DNA from: Rhynchopus sp. YZ270_cl-10
Lineage: Eukaryota
Length of the DNA stretch: 64,000 nucleotides
Direction of reading: 5' to 3'
Assembly: GCA_964035575.1 (NCBI GenBank)
Contig: OZ037845.1
Location: forward strand, 248,001-312,000
A model generated the notes under the pieces. It had not been told where the DNA came from. It saw only the letters and a list, made by a program, of their open reading frames with translations, and did not search any database. Of the stretch, positions 12,424 to 23,600 are shown one piece after another. Both the position numbers and the translations under genes were made by a program. Positions within the stretch are counted from its first letter, which is position 1. The number at the start of each line of letters is the position of its first letter.

Positions 12424-14100
12424 TTTGATTTAGTGTGTTGTGTTTAGATAACTGTACGTTGATGATTGAGTATGAGCAGCCGTGGGAAGCGTAAACACAA
12501 CCACGAGCGGGTTGGGTGTGCGCTGTTGCCATGGCAGATGAAGGTGCGACTGTTGAACACCTTCAACGAACACAGCAGAAGCAGCGCAATTATGTTGTGA
12601 GTCAGAATAGTTTGAAAATTGGAATGTTGTTATCTGGTCATGAGAAATGTCAGAAGCAAGACTGGCGTGTCATGGTTGTGTTGTGTCATCATCCGCGGAA
12701 GCAATGAAGGGGAAAATATGGCTAGAAGGCTCTTGTACCTTGTAACAATGAAAACGAGCAGCGGGACGTGCAGACTTCGGTGGTGCGATGTGCGGGGCAG
12801 GCTGACGCAGAAAACCAACGAGTGTATGGCAACAGGCGCGAGTTTTCTTCTGGGAGACATACAGCACAATGCCACGTCAACGACCGCCATTCAGTTGACG
12901 AGGAGGCAATGTTCTGCAGACGAGGCAGTTAGCAGGAGGTGCACGGCCAGCTTCCAGGCGCAGGGAATATCCCCGCCCACGTTTGGTTACGTACGAGTGG
13001 GACCTGGCTACGCCTTGCGGCATCCCATGGGAGGAACACCCTCGAGGACCCTCACTCTGAAGAGCCGGGTCGGGCAGTGCCACCACGAGGACGCAAAATA
13101 GCAAACAGAGGCGCGTAGAGTGGTTGACTGGGCCACGACGCCTTAGTTTTCATCTCTGCCTTCATTTCCCCTCTCCCCTAGCCGGGGTAGGTACGTCAGT
13201 GTTAGTATGCACGCCATTCGCTCAGTGGCGCTTGCGTACACATGTCTAGTCATAGCACATCTGAATCTCGCAAACCCTCCAACTCCTATCCTAGCACAAA
13301 CAGCAATGCACAGGTGTTAATGGGCTGCTCACAACGTTTGACACTTGGGTGTCACTGCACTTGGAAGGTCAGTGTTTTGCATCGAGAAGGCAACCTTATT
13401 GTAAGATGCTTCTATACTCCACATGAAGCACCTCGAAGACAATACAGTAAGCCCAACCCTCGCATACAATGTGTTATTCGGAACAACGCTGTTTTCCTAG
13501 TGAAAATATGAAGGGAAACACTGAACTTCCTGGCTTTGTTTCTTTGTGGTTCAGACGGCGAACGTATGTCTCCATCAGCAGGCGTCAAGATGTCCTGCAG
13601 TCTGCAGTGTTGCGGGACGTCCTTCGTCAAGGTGTCGATCATTACGCCACAACTCTTCTGAGATGACATAGATCACTCTGAGAGTACATCACACAAGCAG
13701 GTAAACAGTATATGTCCACTGCCTGCAGAAGTAGTAAGATTGCTTAGGTCGGGGGGTACGTGAATAGTGGTCAGAACACTGAGGGAGACTTCGACAGAAG
13801 TAAAATAAAGGTATATATCGTCACGTGGGGTGGGTGGGAAAATAGTTGTCGCTTTTTTTTTCTTCTTTAACACTTGTCCTTCAACGGCCTGCATCTGACG
13901 GCCCAAAACCGGAGCTGCCCGTCTACTAACTAACAATTGAAAATTAAGTAAGTATTCTGTCCTGGCAACTATCCTAACCGCTCATCCGTATGATCGATCC
14001 CCCACCCACTCGCTCAACGCTTCGTTCGATTAATCTCACTTCACTAACTGCCACAAACATGGAACAAAAATACTCAAAACACGCGAAAAAAGAGAGCAGC

Positions 14101-15408
14101 TTACTGGGCAAGCTTTGCTCCCTCAGGGATCTTCAGCTCACGCACGTTCTCCCATGTGAATCCCTTCTCCGAGGTACGGCCGAAGTGGCCCATCGCTGCG
14201 GTCTCAGAGTAGATAGGGCGGCGAAGGTCCAGCTCGTTGATGATGTCGTACGGGCGCAGACGGAAGTTCTCAAGCACGATCTGTGAGTGTGGTGGTTGTG
14301 TGATGTGTGGTGAGGTGGTGGTGTGTGTTCACATACCGCAAGGGTGCTCTCGTCAGTGTACTTGCCGGTTCCGTAGGTGTCGACGTGCACGGAGAGCGGC
14401 TCGGCAACTCCAATTGCGTACGCAAGCTGCACAAGGCAACGCTTTGCGAGTCCTGCAGACACAATCGACTTGGCGATCCAACGTCCTGCGTACGACGCAG
14501 ACCTGTCCACCTTCGTGGGGTCCTTTCCAGAGAAGGCACCTCCTCCGTGTGCTCCCCATCCACCGTAGGTGTCCACAATGATCTTCCTTCCGGTCAGACC
14601 AGCGTCTCCCATCGGTCCTCCAATCACGAAACGGCCAGAGGGGTTCAAGTGGTACACGGTCTGTGAGGTGGGTGTGTTTTAGTGTGATGTGATGTGGTGA
14701 GAGTGTGTGCTGTGTTCATACCTTCTCGTCAAGGAACTTGGCAGGGATCACGTCCTTCACAAGCTCCATCAGATCCGCACGGATCTTCTCGTTTGTCACC
14801 TCCTCGCTGTGCTGGGAGGAGATCAGCACACAGTGCACACGCAGGGGTGTCAGAAGCTTCTTGTTGTCGTGCTCGTCAATCTCGTACTCAACAGTCACCT
14901 GGGTCTTGGCATCGGGACGTGCCCAGGCAAGCTTTCCGTTGTTCCTCCACTCGGAGTGACGCTGGGCAAGCTGACGTGCAAGCTCGTACGAAAGGGGCAT
15001 GAGGGTCTCGGTCTCGTCGGTGGCGTATCCGAACATGAGTCCCTGGTCTCCCGCTCCGAGCTCAGCCTCGTGCACGTACTGTGTGCACTGGCCGATGTCG
15101 GGCGACTGCTGCTCAATCGCCACAACGACGTTGCAGGTCTTGTAGTCGAATCCCTTCTCGCAGTGGTCGTATCCGATCTTCTTCACAGTGCTACGGAGCA
15201 CGGTCTGGTAGTCAACGTTCGCCTTCGAGGTGATCTCTCCGAACACCATCACCATGCCAGTCTTGCAGCACGACTCACATGCCACCTTCGACATGGGGTC
15301 CACAGCCAGGCAGGCGTCCAGCACTGCGTCGGAGAACTGGTCACACATCTTGTCGGGGTGACCCTCGGTCACGTGCTCCGACGAGAACATGAAGGTGCGC
15401 TTTCCCAT
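14101..15408 (-). CDS. MAT: S-adenosylmethionine synthetase, copy 5
   Basis: Exons 15408-14722, 14660-14337, 14280-14101; introns of 61 and 56 nt. Confidence 0.96.
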
Positions 15409-15985
15409 TTTGATTTAGTGTATTATGTTTTGATAACTGCGTATTGTGGTGTGTTACTAAAACTATGTCTGCCAGCAAATTTTTATTGGAAAGTTGCAAA
15501 GCTGAGGGAGTTGTTCTACTTCTATGGCGATCGGGTTCGCTTCGCTTTTCCTTTTTTATTTTTTTTTGAAAACTTGGTATTAGTGCAGACACCGTATGAC
15601 GTGGCATCGTACTCACTAAACAAAGGATGAACGGGGGTTTATTTTTTTTCTGATTCCTTTACACCAGGAGGGAACATCCTCTTGCGCCCCACGCTACAAA
15701 CCTACACCAACCCTGTGTTATCAGGGCACATTGCAGTTGCAAACGCAGGCCACTCTGGGTACTCAAACACATGCAGAACATATGGCATACACGCCATTAT
15801 CATTGCTATATGCGCAAACAATGATTTTCACACTAAAAAAACATGACACAGATAACCTGAGTGAAGCTAATCAGAGGTTTTATCCTTATCCCTTTTTTAT
15901 CGATCACCCTACGGGTTCTGCTCCGCAAACCTTTTCGAAAGGCCAGGGGTACTTAACAGATTTGGTTTTCTTTTACTACCACACG

Positions 15986-17692
15986 TTAGACACTGTACCG
16001 ATCATCCTCTGGGTCAGCATTGACTACATTGCCGCTCTGCTTCTGCATTGCGACACATGCCGAACCGAAGTGTCCGCCATGCTCGCGCAGGCTCTGAAGT
16101 GCTTGCCCACGGGAGATGTCAAACTCCTTCGCGAGCGTGACAACATGCGGCTTCCAGTCTGCAATGTACGGCTCGTCTGCGAGATACGTTGGGTCCGTGT
16201 GCGTGCCGTGCACATAGTACACAGGTGCGTCCCGTTCGCTTTCACGTGGCTCCTCGGTGTCCTTCCTCCTCACAATGGGGTTGACACTTTGCGGGCTAAA
16301 CCCATACGGCGATACGTACTCATGAGAGCTGCTCGATTGCGAGCTTGCATCAGAAGGGTCCGAGTCAACGTCCGCCGCAAGAGCAGACCGCTTCTTGCCC
16401 AGCATAGCCTCCAGACCGTGCATCTTCGCCCAGTCAAACTCCTCTGCTCGCGCCCGCTTCCACAATATGAACGTTAAACAGCACAGCAAACAGAGACCCG
16501 CGACCACGACACCAATCCACCACAACCCAATGGCCTCGTCGTCGATGGGCACCTCGGTTAGTGTTATGGCAGGGGTGATGGTGAACGTCTCTGAAAACGT
16601 TATGGTGCGGGTTTGAGTGACAGTGGGTGTGAGCGTGGCGGAGAGGGTAGGTGTGTTGCCTGTGAGCGTCAGGGTTGGTGTCGTTGTCTTTGTTGGTGTC
16701 GGTGGGGCGATGGGCGGCATGTACGCCTCTGGTGGCCACGGCCTGTCTAGAGTGTTCGCAAGCTTCTGACAGAGGTGGCGGTACTCCTGGCTGCACAGTG
16801 CGGGGCAGAGGTCTCCTGTGTTGGCACTGCAGTTTGTTGTCATATTCATCTGCGGCTCTGACCCTGCAATGAATGCGCAGGCACCCAGCGGGCTGCTGTC
16901 TCTGTTCGCAAACCACTTTGGCTGGTATGTGTCCAATGGGTCCAACCACTCCCACCTCTTCGTCCGTATCACGCCACCCTTTGACGCACTCACCCACGCA
17001 CCCACTACGTCACCTAGCAGCTCTTTTACGGCAGCAGCTTCGTCTGCGTCGAACATATAGGCGAGATCTGCTTTGGGGTTGCCACCTGTTCCGCGGCAGT
17101 TTGTGGCGATTCTTTGGACAGGGGTGGTGAAGAGTTTGAAGCACATTTGCGAGAAGAAGGTCCAGTCTACGTCAGTTACGTCACATGCGACACCCGAGGT
17201 GGATTTGTAGACACACACATAGGGCAGCTCACGGAGGCAGGACTCTTCGCATATGACGGGCGCGCCTAAAGCAGGGAAGAGCGGGTCGTCGTAGTGGCAG
17301 TCAACTGCAGTGGTGGCCAGACCGCCGCCCATAAAGGCACAGTGCTTGTCACCGCTGTCCACGTCTGGACGTGTTGCTGGCCACATCGTGGCGTCGACTG
17401 CAGTAGTCAGTCGGTCGTCCCACACCCACCCCTCCCGCGTGGTCATCTCCCGCATGCCCACCCAAAACTCCCCAAAGTGGTCGGCAAACCCACCCATATT
17501 GCTCTGCATCTGTGCGTTTTCCATTGCGTATAAGTTTGCATCAAGGCGAAAGCAGACCTCCGGTCCCCAAGGGCCCTTTTCAGTGGAGCGTAGTACACAG
17601 CGTGTCCCCCCGTCAAAGACCCAGGGGTCCTCGCAAGGCTCGCCGCAGAAGGCAAAAGGAAAGAGCAAGGAGGTGGCAACAATTCGGAGCAT
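15986..17692 (-). CDS. Type I membrane protein: two C-type lectin-like domains, Pro/Thr stalk, TM, cytoplasmic UBA-like domain
   Basis: Signal peptide MLRIVATSLLFPFAFCG from the ATG at 17692. CTLD hallmarks C..W....C, FWVG/AWVS, W.W.D, CAF, LPYVC. TM LWWIGVVVAGLCLLCCLTFILW. Confidence 0.8.
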   Translation of the reverse strand: MLRIVATSLLFPFAFCGEPCEDPWVFDGGTRCVLRSTEKGPWGPEVCFRLDANLYAMENAQMQSNMGGFADHFGEFWVGMREMTTREGWVWDDRLTTAVDATMWPATRPDVDSGDKHCAFMGGGLATTAVDCHYDDPLFPALGAPVICEESCLRELPYVCVYKSTSGVACDVTDVDWTFFSQMCFKLFTTPVQRIATNCRGTGGNPKADLAYMFDADEAAAVKELLGDVVGAWVSASKGGVIRTKRWEWLDPLDTYQPKWFANRDSSPLGACAFIAGSEPQMNMTTNCSANTGDLCPALCSQEYRHLCQKLANTLDRPWPPEAYMPPIAPPTPTKTTTPTLTLTGNTPTLSATLTPTVTQTRTITFSETFTITPAITLTEVPIDDEAIGLWWIGVVVAGLCLLCCLTFILWKRARAEEFDWAKMHGLEAMLGKKRSALAADVDSDPSDASSQSSSSHEYVSPYGFSPQSVNPIVRRKDTEEPRESERDAPVYYVHGTHTDPTYLADEPYIADWKPHVVTLAKEFDISRGQALQSLREHGGHFGSACVAMQKQSGNVVNADPEDDRYSV

Positions 17693-17762
17693 TGTGTGTA
17701 TGTGTGTGTGTGCTTCTGTTGTGTGGTGTTGGGGGTAAAGAGAAGGGCCAAACAAAAAATAT

Positions 17763-18687
17763 ATATCACCCATTCCATGAAATTCCGTATACTTTTGCAA
17801 AAAAGTCACTCAGAGAACCCAGATGCAAATTTTTTATCGTCCGACCCCGCATTTGATTCATTTTGACTCCCCGGATCTGAGAATATTTTTTTCAAAAAAA
17901 ATAAAAAAAAAATCCCATCCGAGGATGTGTGGGAGAGTTTTGGGTCCGGCGCTCCCAGTTATCTCGACAATTTCCTGGTCACAAAAACCCCCCAAAACAC
18001 CGCTAGTGTGAATTTCCGAGCTCAGCGCTTTTCATTAAAAAAAAAATCGAGAAGATTAGTGGAGTAGAAGTTGTCTACTTTTTTTACCATGGGTAATTTT
18101 GCACTATAGCTGTATATAGCAGGGCAAATTACCTTGGAAAATGGGGTGTTCGCCGCTGGTATACGGTAGTACCCTGGTCGCCTTCTGCGTCTACCCGTTG
18201 GTCGTACGACCCCGGAATTGCAAGATATTGCACTGCATCTTTCAAACGCGTGATTGGGCAATTTTTTGTTGACGAAAGCGTGGCCTTAAAATATAGAGGG
18301 ATTCCTCTGTAAAAGGGGCACCATAAGGCACTTCCTAGTAGGTACCTTCCGCCTAAGAACTGCCCAAAAAATAATAGACATCAACAGATGCATGAAAAAA
18401 ATCGTCCGACCCCGGAATTGAAAGATTTCGTACCCGATCTTCCAAAAAAAGAAAAAAAATATTTTTTTTGGGGACCTGGGCCCCTGTTAAAATTATGTGG
18501 CCACGGACGACATCGTTTGCGGAAATATGAAGTATTTTTTTGTTGTCGAAAATGCGCTAGTGTGAATTTCCGAGCTCGGCGCTTTCAATTAAAAAAAAAA
18601 TCGATAAGATTAGTGGAGTAGAAGTTGTCTAGTTTCTTTACCAAAAACAGGGGTTTTGTATACGGTTTTTCATGGAATGGGTGATAT
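17763..18687. mobile_element. Inverted-repeat-bounded element with internal direct repeats
   Basis: 30-nt inverted repeats at 17763-17792 and 18658-18687 (28/30 match); 77-nt direct repeat at 18001-18077 and 18555-18631; CGACCCCG motif three times. Confidence 0.6.
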
Positions 18688-19787
18688 TTTTCCCGGTATT
18701 TTGCCATTTATGTAGCTTTTTAATAGCATTGGAGCTTTTGAAGAAAAGGGGGATGGGAGAGAGCATTGTGGGTTGTGGAAGCGAAACAAATGAAATGCAT
18801 TCATTATTTCAAAGAAAAAAAGGAGGGAAAAAAAAGGGTTTGTTAAAAAGAGGAACTTCAGCGCTTGGGTACTGGGTACTCTGTTGCTGTAGTTAGTCTT
18901 TGAAACAGGAAGAACAAAACAAAAAGAATGCGTCATAAGTGCTTCTGTTGATCGTAAAACTAAAACAGAGAAGTTGAAAGTGCAAATGCCTCACCGTACA
19001 CCGGCGGACGCAGGCACTGGTAAAAAATGACCACAAAAAAGAAAATAAATAAAAAAGGAAGGAAGGATGCAATTCAAACAAAGAACAGGGTGTGCTGGAT
19101 CAGATAAAAGGGGGTGAGGAGATTTGAGAAGAAGACAATACAACTACAACTCTTGTGGAGGGGGTGGGGAGAGGCCCTAGCCCCTAAGAAAAAAAAAAAG
19201 ACAAAAAGACAAAAACTAATGCTAAAAATGGTGTTCCGGAACGGCGAAAAACTATGTTTTTTATTTTTTGATAATCTGTTGGAGTAGTGTAGCTGCCACG
19301 CAAGCAGTCCGCACTGTCCTTTTTTTTTTTGTTGCGCAGGGTTTTGAAGCACGTAGTCAAGAGAAAAAAGAAAAATTCGGAAAATACAATCAACGGGGGA
19401 TAAGGATATCTAACCCCTTTTGTCTATGTCTCCTTCATCTCGACGATGCTCTCCCGCTGCAAGAAAAAAAAAACAACAATTCACAATTTACATTTCAAAC
19501 ACATTTCTCTTCAAGAGAGAAGAATTTTTGGGAAAGTGAACCATGCATCGGCTGGTGTATTTGCAAAAACTCCTTTTGTAAATAACACACGCCAATTTCT
19601 ATAAGATCACCAAGCCCAACTAAGACGCTAAAACTACTGGATAATGTCTGCTGCCTTCAATTTTATGATTAAAAATTGAACCGAACAGCAAGGTTTTTGT
19701 GTCAAGCAAATATTTCATTTTCATTCTTTTCTAGACGAAAAGAAGGCAGAAAAAGAATGCGAAAAAAATGAAAAATAAAAAGTTTAT

Positions 19788-20358
19788 AAGATGAACCTAA
19801 GCCTCTCATGCTTAGTCATCTTGAAAAAAAAGGGGCTAAAAAAGAGTGTGGAAAACCCCTTTGAACCAATAAAAAAACAACAATGAGATGAGCACAAAAA
19901 AGCAAAGAAAAGAAAGGTTTATAAGACGAACCTAATCCTCTCTGTGCTTTAGTCACCTCGAAAGAAGAGAGAATCAATGAAAAAAGAAAAAGAACAAGGT
20001 GAAATAATACTCTCGTCGTACCCCCGCGTAGAGTATATCAGAATGCATCCTTACTGCCAAAAAACAAAGAAAAGTTTATGAGATGAACCTAAGTCTCTCG
20101 AACAAAAATAGCAAATAAAAAAAAAAAAACGCTCAAAAGGGAAAAGAGACAGTTAAAAAAGGGGGAACTGTCATGGGGAGAGAGAGTGATCAGTGTGAAG
20201 AGTGTTGTAACATAGTGACGTTGTGGCTTTGCTCTTTTGTAAAAAAAAAAATGAATGATTCTCACAAAATGAGTAGACAAACTTTAACGCCAACAAAAAA
20301 ATATAAAAAAAAATAGTTTGCAAGATGAACCTAAGCCTCTCTGTGCTTAGCCACCTTT
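19788..20358 (-). repeat. Cluster of four copies of dispersed hairpin repeat, module A (AAGATGAACCTAAGCCTCTCGTGCTTAGTCACCTT)
   Basis: Copies at about 19788, 19923, 20081 (half) and 20322. Further copies at about 460, 48749, 49003, 50492, 51390, 51979, 52239, 56724, 58628, 59077. Confidence 0.85.
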
Positions 20359-20632
20359 ACATTGGAAATGGTATTTCAACGCACGCAGTTTTTTTTTTTT
20401 TTTTTTTTTGTTGAAAAAAAGGAGACATTGTTGCGAAGGGTTGCGGCATCTCTTGTGCGAAGAAGTCTCCGCTTGCCAACAACCCTCACAACAAATATCA
20501 ATGATACAAACGTGGTAAAAACAAAACAGAAAACAAACAGAACTGAATTCATAGAAATATCCCCCTCTCAACACAGGATATTTCCCTCTCGAATTGGAAT
20601 AACAAAAAAACAAAAACAAAACCCAAGCAATT

Positions 20633-23600
20633 TTACACAACGTCATGTTGAATTTGCTCCTGACAGGGTTCTGTACTCCCGACTGGGGCTGTGTTGTTCT
20701 TGCTGCCCTGCTTCTTTGTGTACACCAGAAGACCAAGGACAACAAGCAGCAGAACCACAACGGCAACAACAAGAAGCACAATCATCACAACGTTGTCCTC
20801 GTTGTCCTTCTTGGGGACACTGCGCACTGTCGTGGCAGGCCCACACGAGTACTCTGTGACAATAACGTCTGAGTCGACCTTGGTCCACCGCATCTGAATG
20901 TTGGAGACATGGCTGCCGCCGTGCTTCTCAAAGAGAGCTGCGAAGAAGCGGCTCTCCATGCAGCCGTCAAAGTCGATCTTGGGTGTCGGCGTGCCGTCGA
21001 CGACGAACTGAACACCGTGCACCTCGTTTGTCTCTGGCATGCGTGCTGGGCATAGTGTCGGGGTGGTGCTGCTGCACAGACCGATGCTGTGGAAGGTGGT
21101 CTCGGTTGAGGTGGGCCCACGCAGGGCCACCAAGGCGCTCGCCTCGTTGCGTGCAAAGTCCGACACCTTGACCAGCATCGTCGAGTTCTCAACCTCGTCA
21201 GTCGTCCAGCAGACGTGGCTGCCGTTGTAGCGGCTTGTCCAGTCCTCCTCCCCGACCTGCATGGACAGCGTCGACACATCGACACCAGAGATTGTGTCCT
21301 CGAGGGCGAGGTGGATGCAGCCCTGCGAGTAGCTGCGCGTGTTGATCGTTGGCGGTGCAAAGTCCCACACAGCCTCGGCAGAGGTCGTGACGTTGAGCCC
21401 AAAGCGGTTGGCCGCAGTGCAGGTGATGCGGGTCGAAGGTGTCGCCTTCTTCTCAAAGGAGATGGACCCAGCCTCGGACGTCGTCACCACCTCTGCGATG
21501 GTCGTGCTCCCGTCGTCGTTCAGCACAGACAGCGTGCAGTTGTACAGCATCTCCGACTCTGCGTCCGCACACCCACCCCACGAAGCCGTGGCGTTGCGCC
21601 CCACCGTCACAAAGACACGCTCGCTAGAGCAGTCCTCCTCCCCGTCGACCTCGGAGCACATCTGTGTGAAGTTGTCCTTGCACACCGGCGGCGTCACATC
21701 CACACTCCCAAAGTCCGCAAGGGTGTTCCCCTCCGACAGCAGTGCCGACACCTCTGCGTCCGACAGCACGACAGACGTCGCTGTGCTGCACGCAGACACC
21801 TGGTTCGCCAGTGTGCAGCACACCTCTGCCCCCAGCACATCCCCGCCAGCGACCTCCAAGGGGAATGGGAACATGGTCGCCTCAATCTTCTCAGACTCGT
21901 CCGCAAGCCCGCCGTTCACTGTCAACGTAAAGCGGCAGTGCAGGAGCGGCACTGCTGTGTCCTCTTCAAGCCCAGAGCTCAGCGTCACACCAAGGCCAGG
22001 CTTCACACGCCCCTGCAGGGGTGCGCTCCCGAACCCGAACCTCGCCACCACGTCGGGCGAGTCCAGGGAGACCGTCGTCGTGTTGCAGACCTGGGTCGTC
22101 AGGCCTGCCTTGTTGTGCGCCGTGATGCACGTCACTGCGGGGCCCGCGGGGAACGTCGCTGGCAGCAGCATTTCGTACTGTGGTGTCTCTGTGTCGAGAC
22201 GCACTGTGCATGCGCCACCTTCCGCTGCCTCTGCAGACGCAGCAATGCAGATCACAAACCTGCTTACGTCTGTCTCGTCGTCTTCAAAGGTCGTGTTGAA
22301 ATAAACAGTCTGCCCCAGGCTCGGTGCTGCATACACCGGCACTGGCAGCCCCTCCACCTTCACCGGTGCAGTCAAGTCGTACTGGAACACCCCCAACAGA
22401 GCTGTGCTGCACTCCGTCAGACACACGTGTGCTGTCAAAAACACCTCCCCCAGCACAACTGTCGTCAGCTCCGCCTCGTAAACACCCTCCTCAGAGAGCG
22501 GCAGCCAGGTCACCGCAACAACATCCGACCCAGGTCCTGCCCGACCTGCAGAGAACCCCACAGAACGCACCGCAAACTCAGAGGAGATGCGGAACCGCAC
22601 AATGTTGTCCTTCTGTGTCAGGTATGTGATTGTGTAGTTCGCGTCCAGGCTCTCGTCCGTCACTGTGTCCACAAGGAGCACACCGTTGCGCACTGTCGGG
22701 ACATGGGCGTGCGACAGTGCGTCTGCAAGCACTGTCTCCTCGTTGTCGGTGTCGTTCTTCAGCATCTCAATAACGGGAACGTGGTCCACAGGGACCGACT
22801 GGAACGACGTCTCCCCCAGAACAGCAAACCCACCATGTGTCCTGAACTGCGCCACCACCTTGTACACCCCAGACTCGAAAGGCTCCGCAAACTCAGCAAC
22901 AAAGGAGCGTGTCCCATCCGCAGCGCCCTCCTTCGTCCCCTCGGTGTCCACAGCGATGTTCCTCTCCTCCGCAACAGTCTCCCCAACACTGTTCTGCACA
23001 GTCACGTCGAGGCTCCCCGGGTACGCAGTGTTGATCGCCACACGCACCGTCTGCCCTGCAACGTCCGGCGTCACGTCGTACGTCTTCACACCAAGGAGAA
23101 GCGGCTGGGTCACCTCGTTCACAAGAAGCCCAGCAGCAACCTCACCCGACAGACGTGCCCCCCTGCACTGTGCGACTGCCTGCAGGGTTCCTTCAGGGAG
23201 GGTTGCTGTTGCTGTCGCGTTCTCACTGTCGGTGGCATTGTCGTTCTTCCTGAGCGCAACACAGACAACGTCGAGAAGCGTGTCGTTCTTTGCAGTAAAA
23301 GTCGTTGTCACTGCGCCAGCACACTGTGCTGCAGTCTGGTCAGCATTCTGCGGCTCGCACGCAACGTCCGGTGTGACGACAACGTCGCAGGAGAGCGTCT
23401 CGCCGCTGGCAGGTGCCAGGCCGCTGACGTCGACGCAGACCTCCCCCGCAGAGACGTGGTGCACAGACTCGTAGCTGCTGCCCGCAGTGAAGTTGAGTGC
23501 ATGCACAACCTCCGTCCGACCCTCCGCAAACACAAAGGACACCACGTCCGAGGTGAACGTCAGCCCAAACCCGTAGTTGTCCGTCGCCACCACGCGCACC

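Noticed and set aside
12619..13250. GC-richer stretch and 160-aa ORF in the longest MAT spacer
   Set aside because: No recognisable protein motif, termini or second copy in the window.
4601..15408. Repeat/unique-spacer pattern suggesting a CRISPR-like or cassette array
   Set aside because: The repeats are whole intron-containing MAT genes in a eukaryote; no cas or integrase gene is present.
19788..19822. Module-A hairpin as a SECIS or snoRNA
   Set aside because: It lacks the tandem G.A quartet with apical AA and the box C/D or H/ACA pocket layout; its many decayed copies fit a repeat better.
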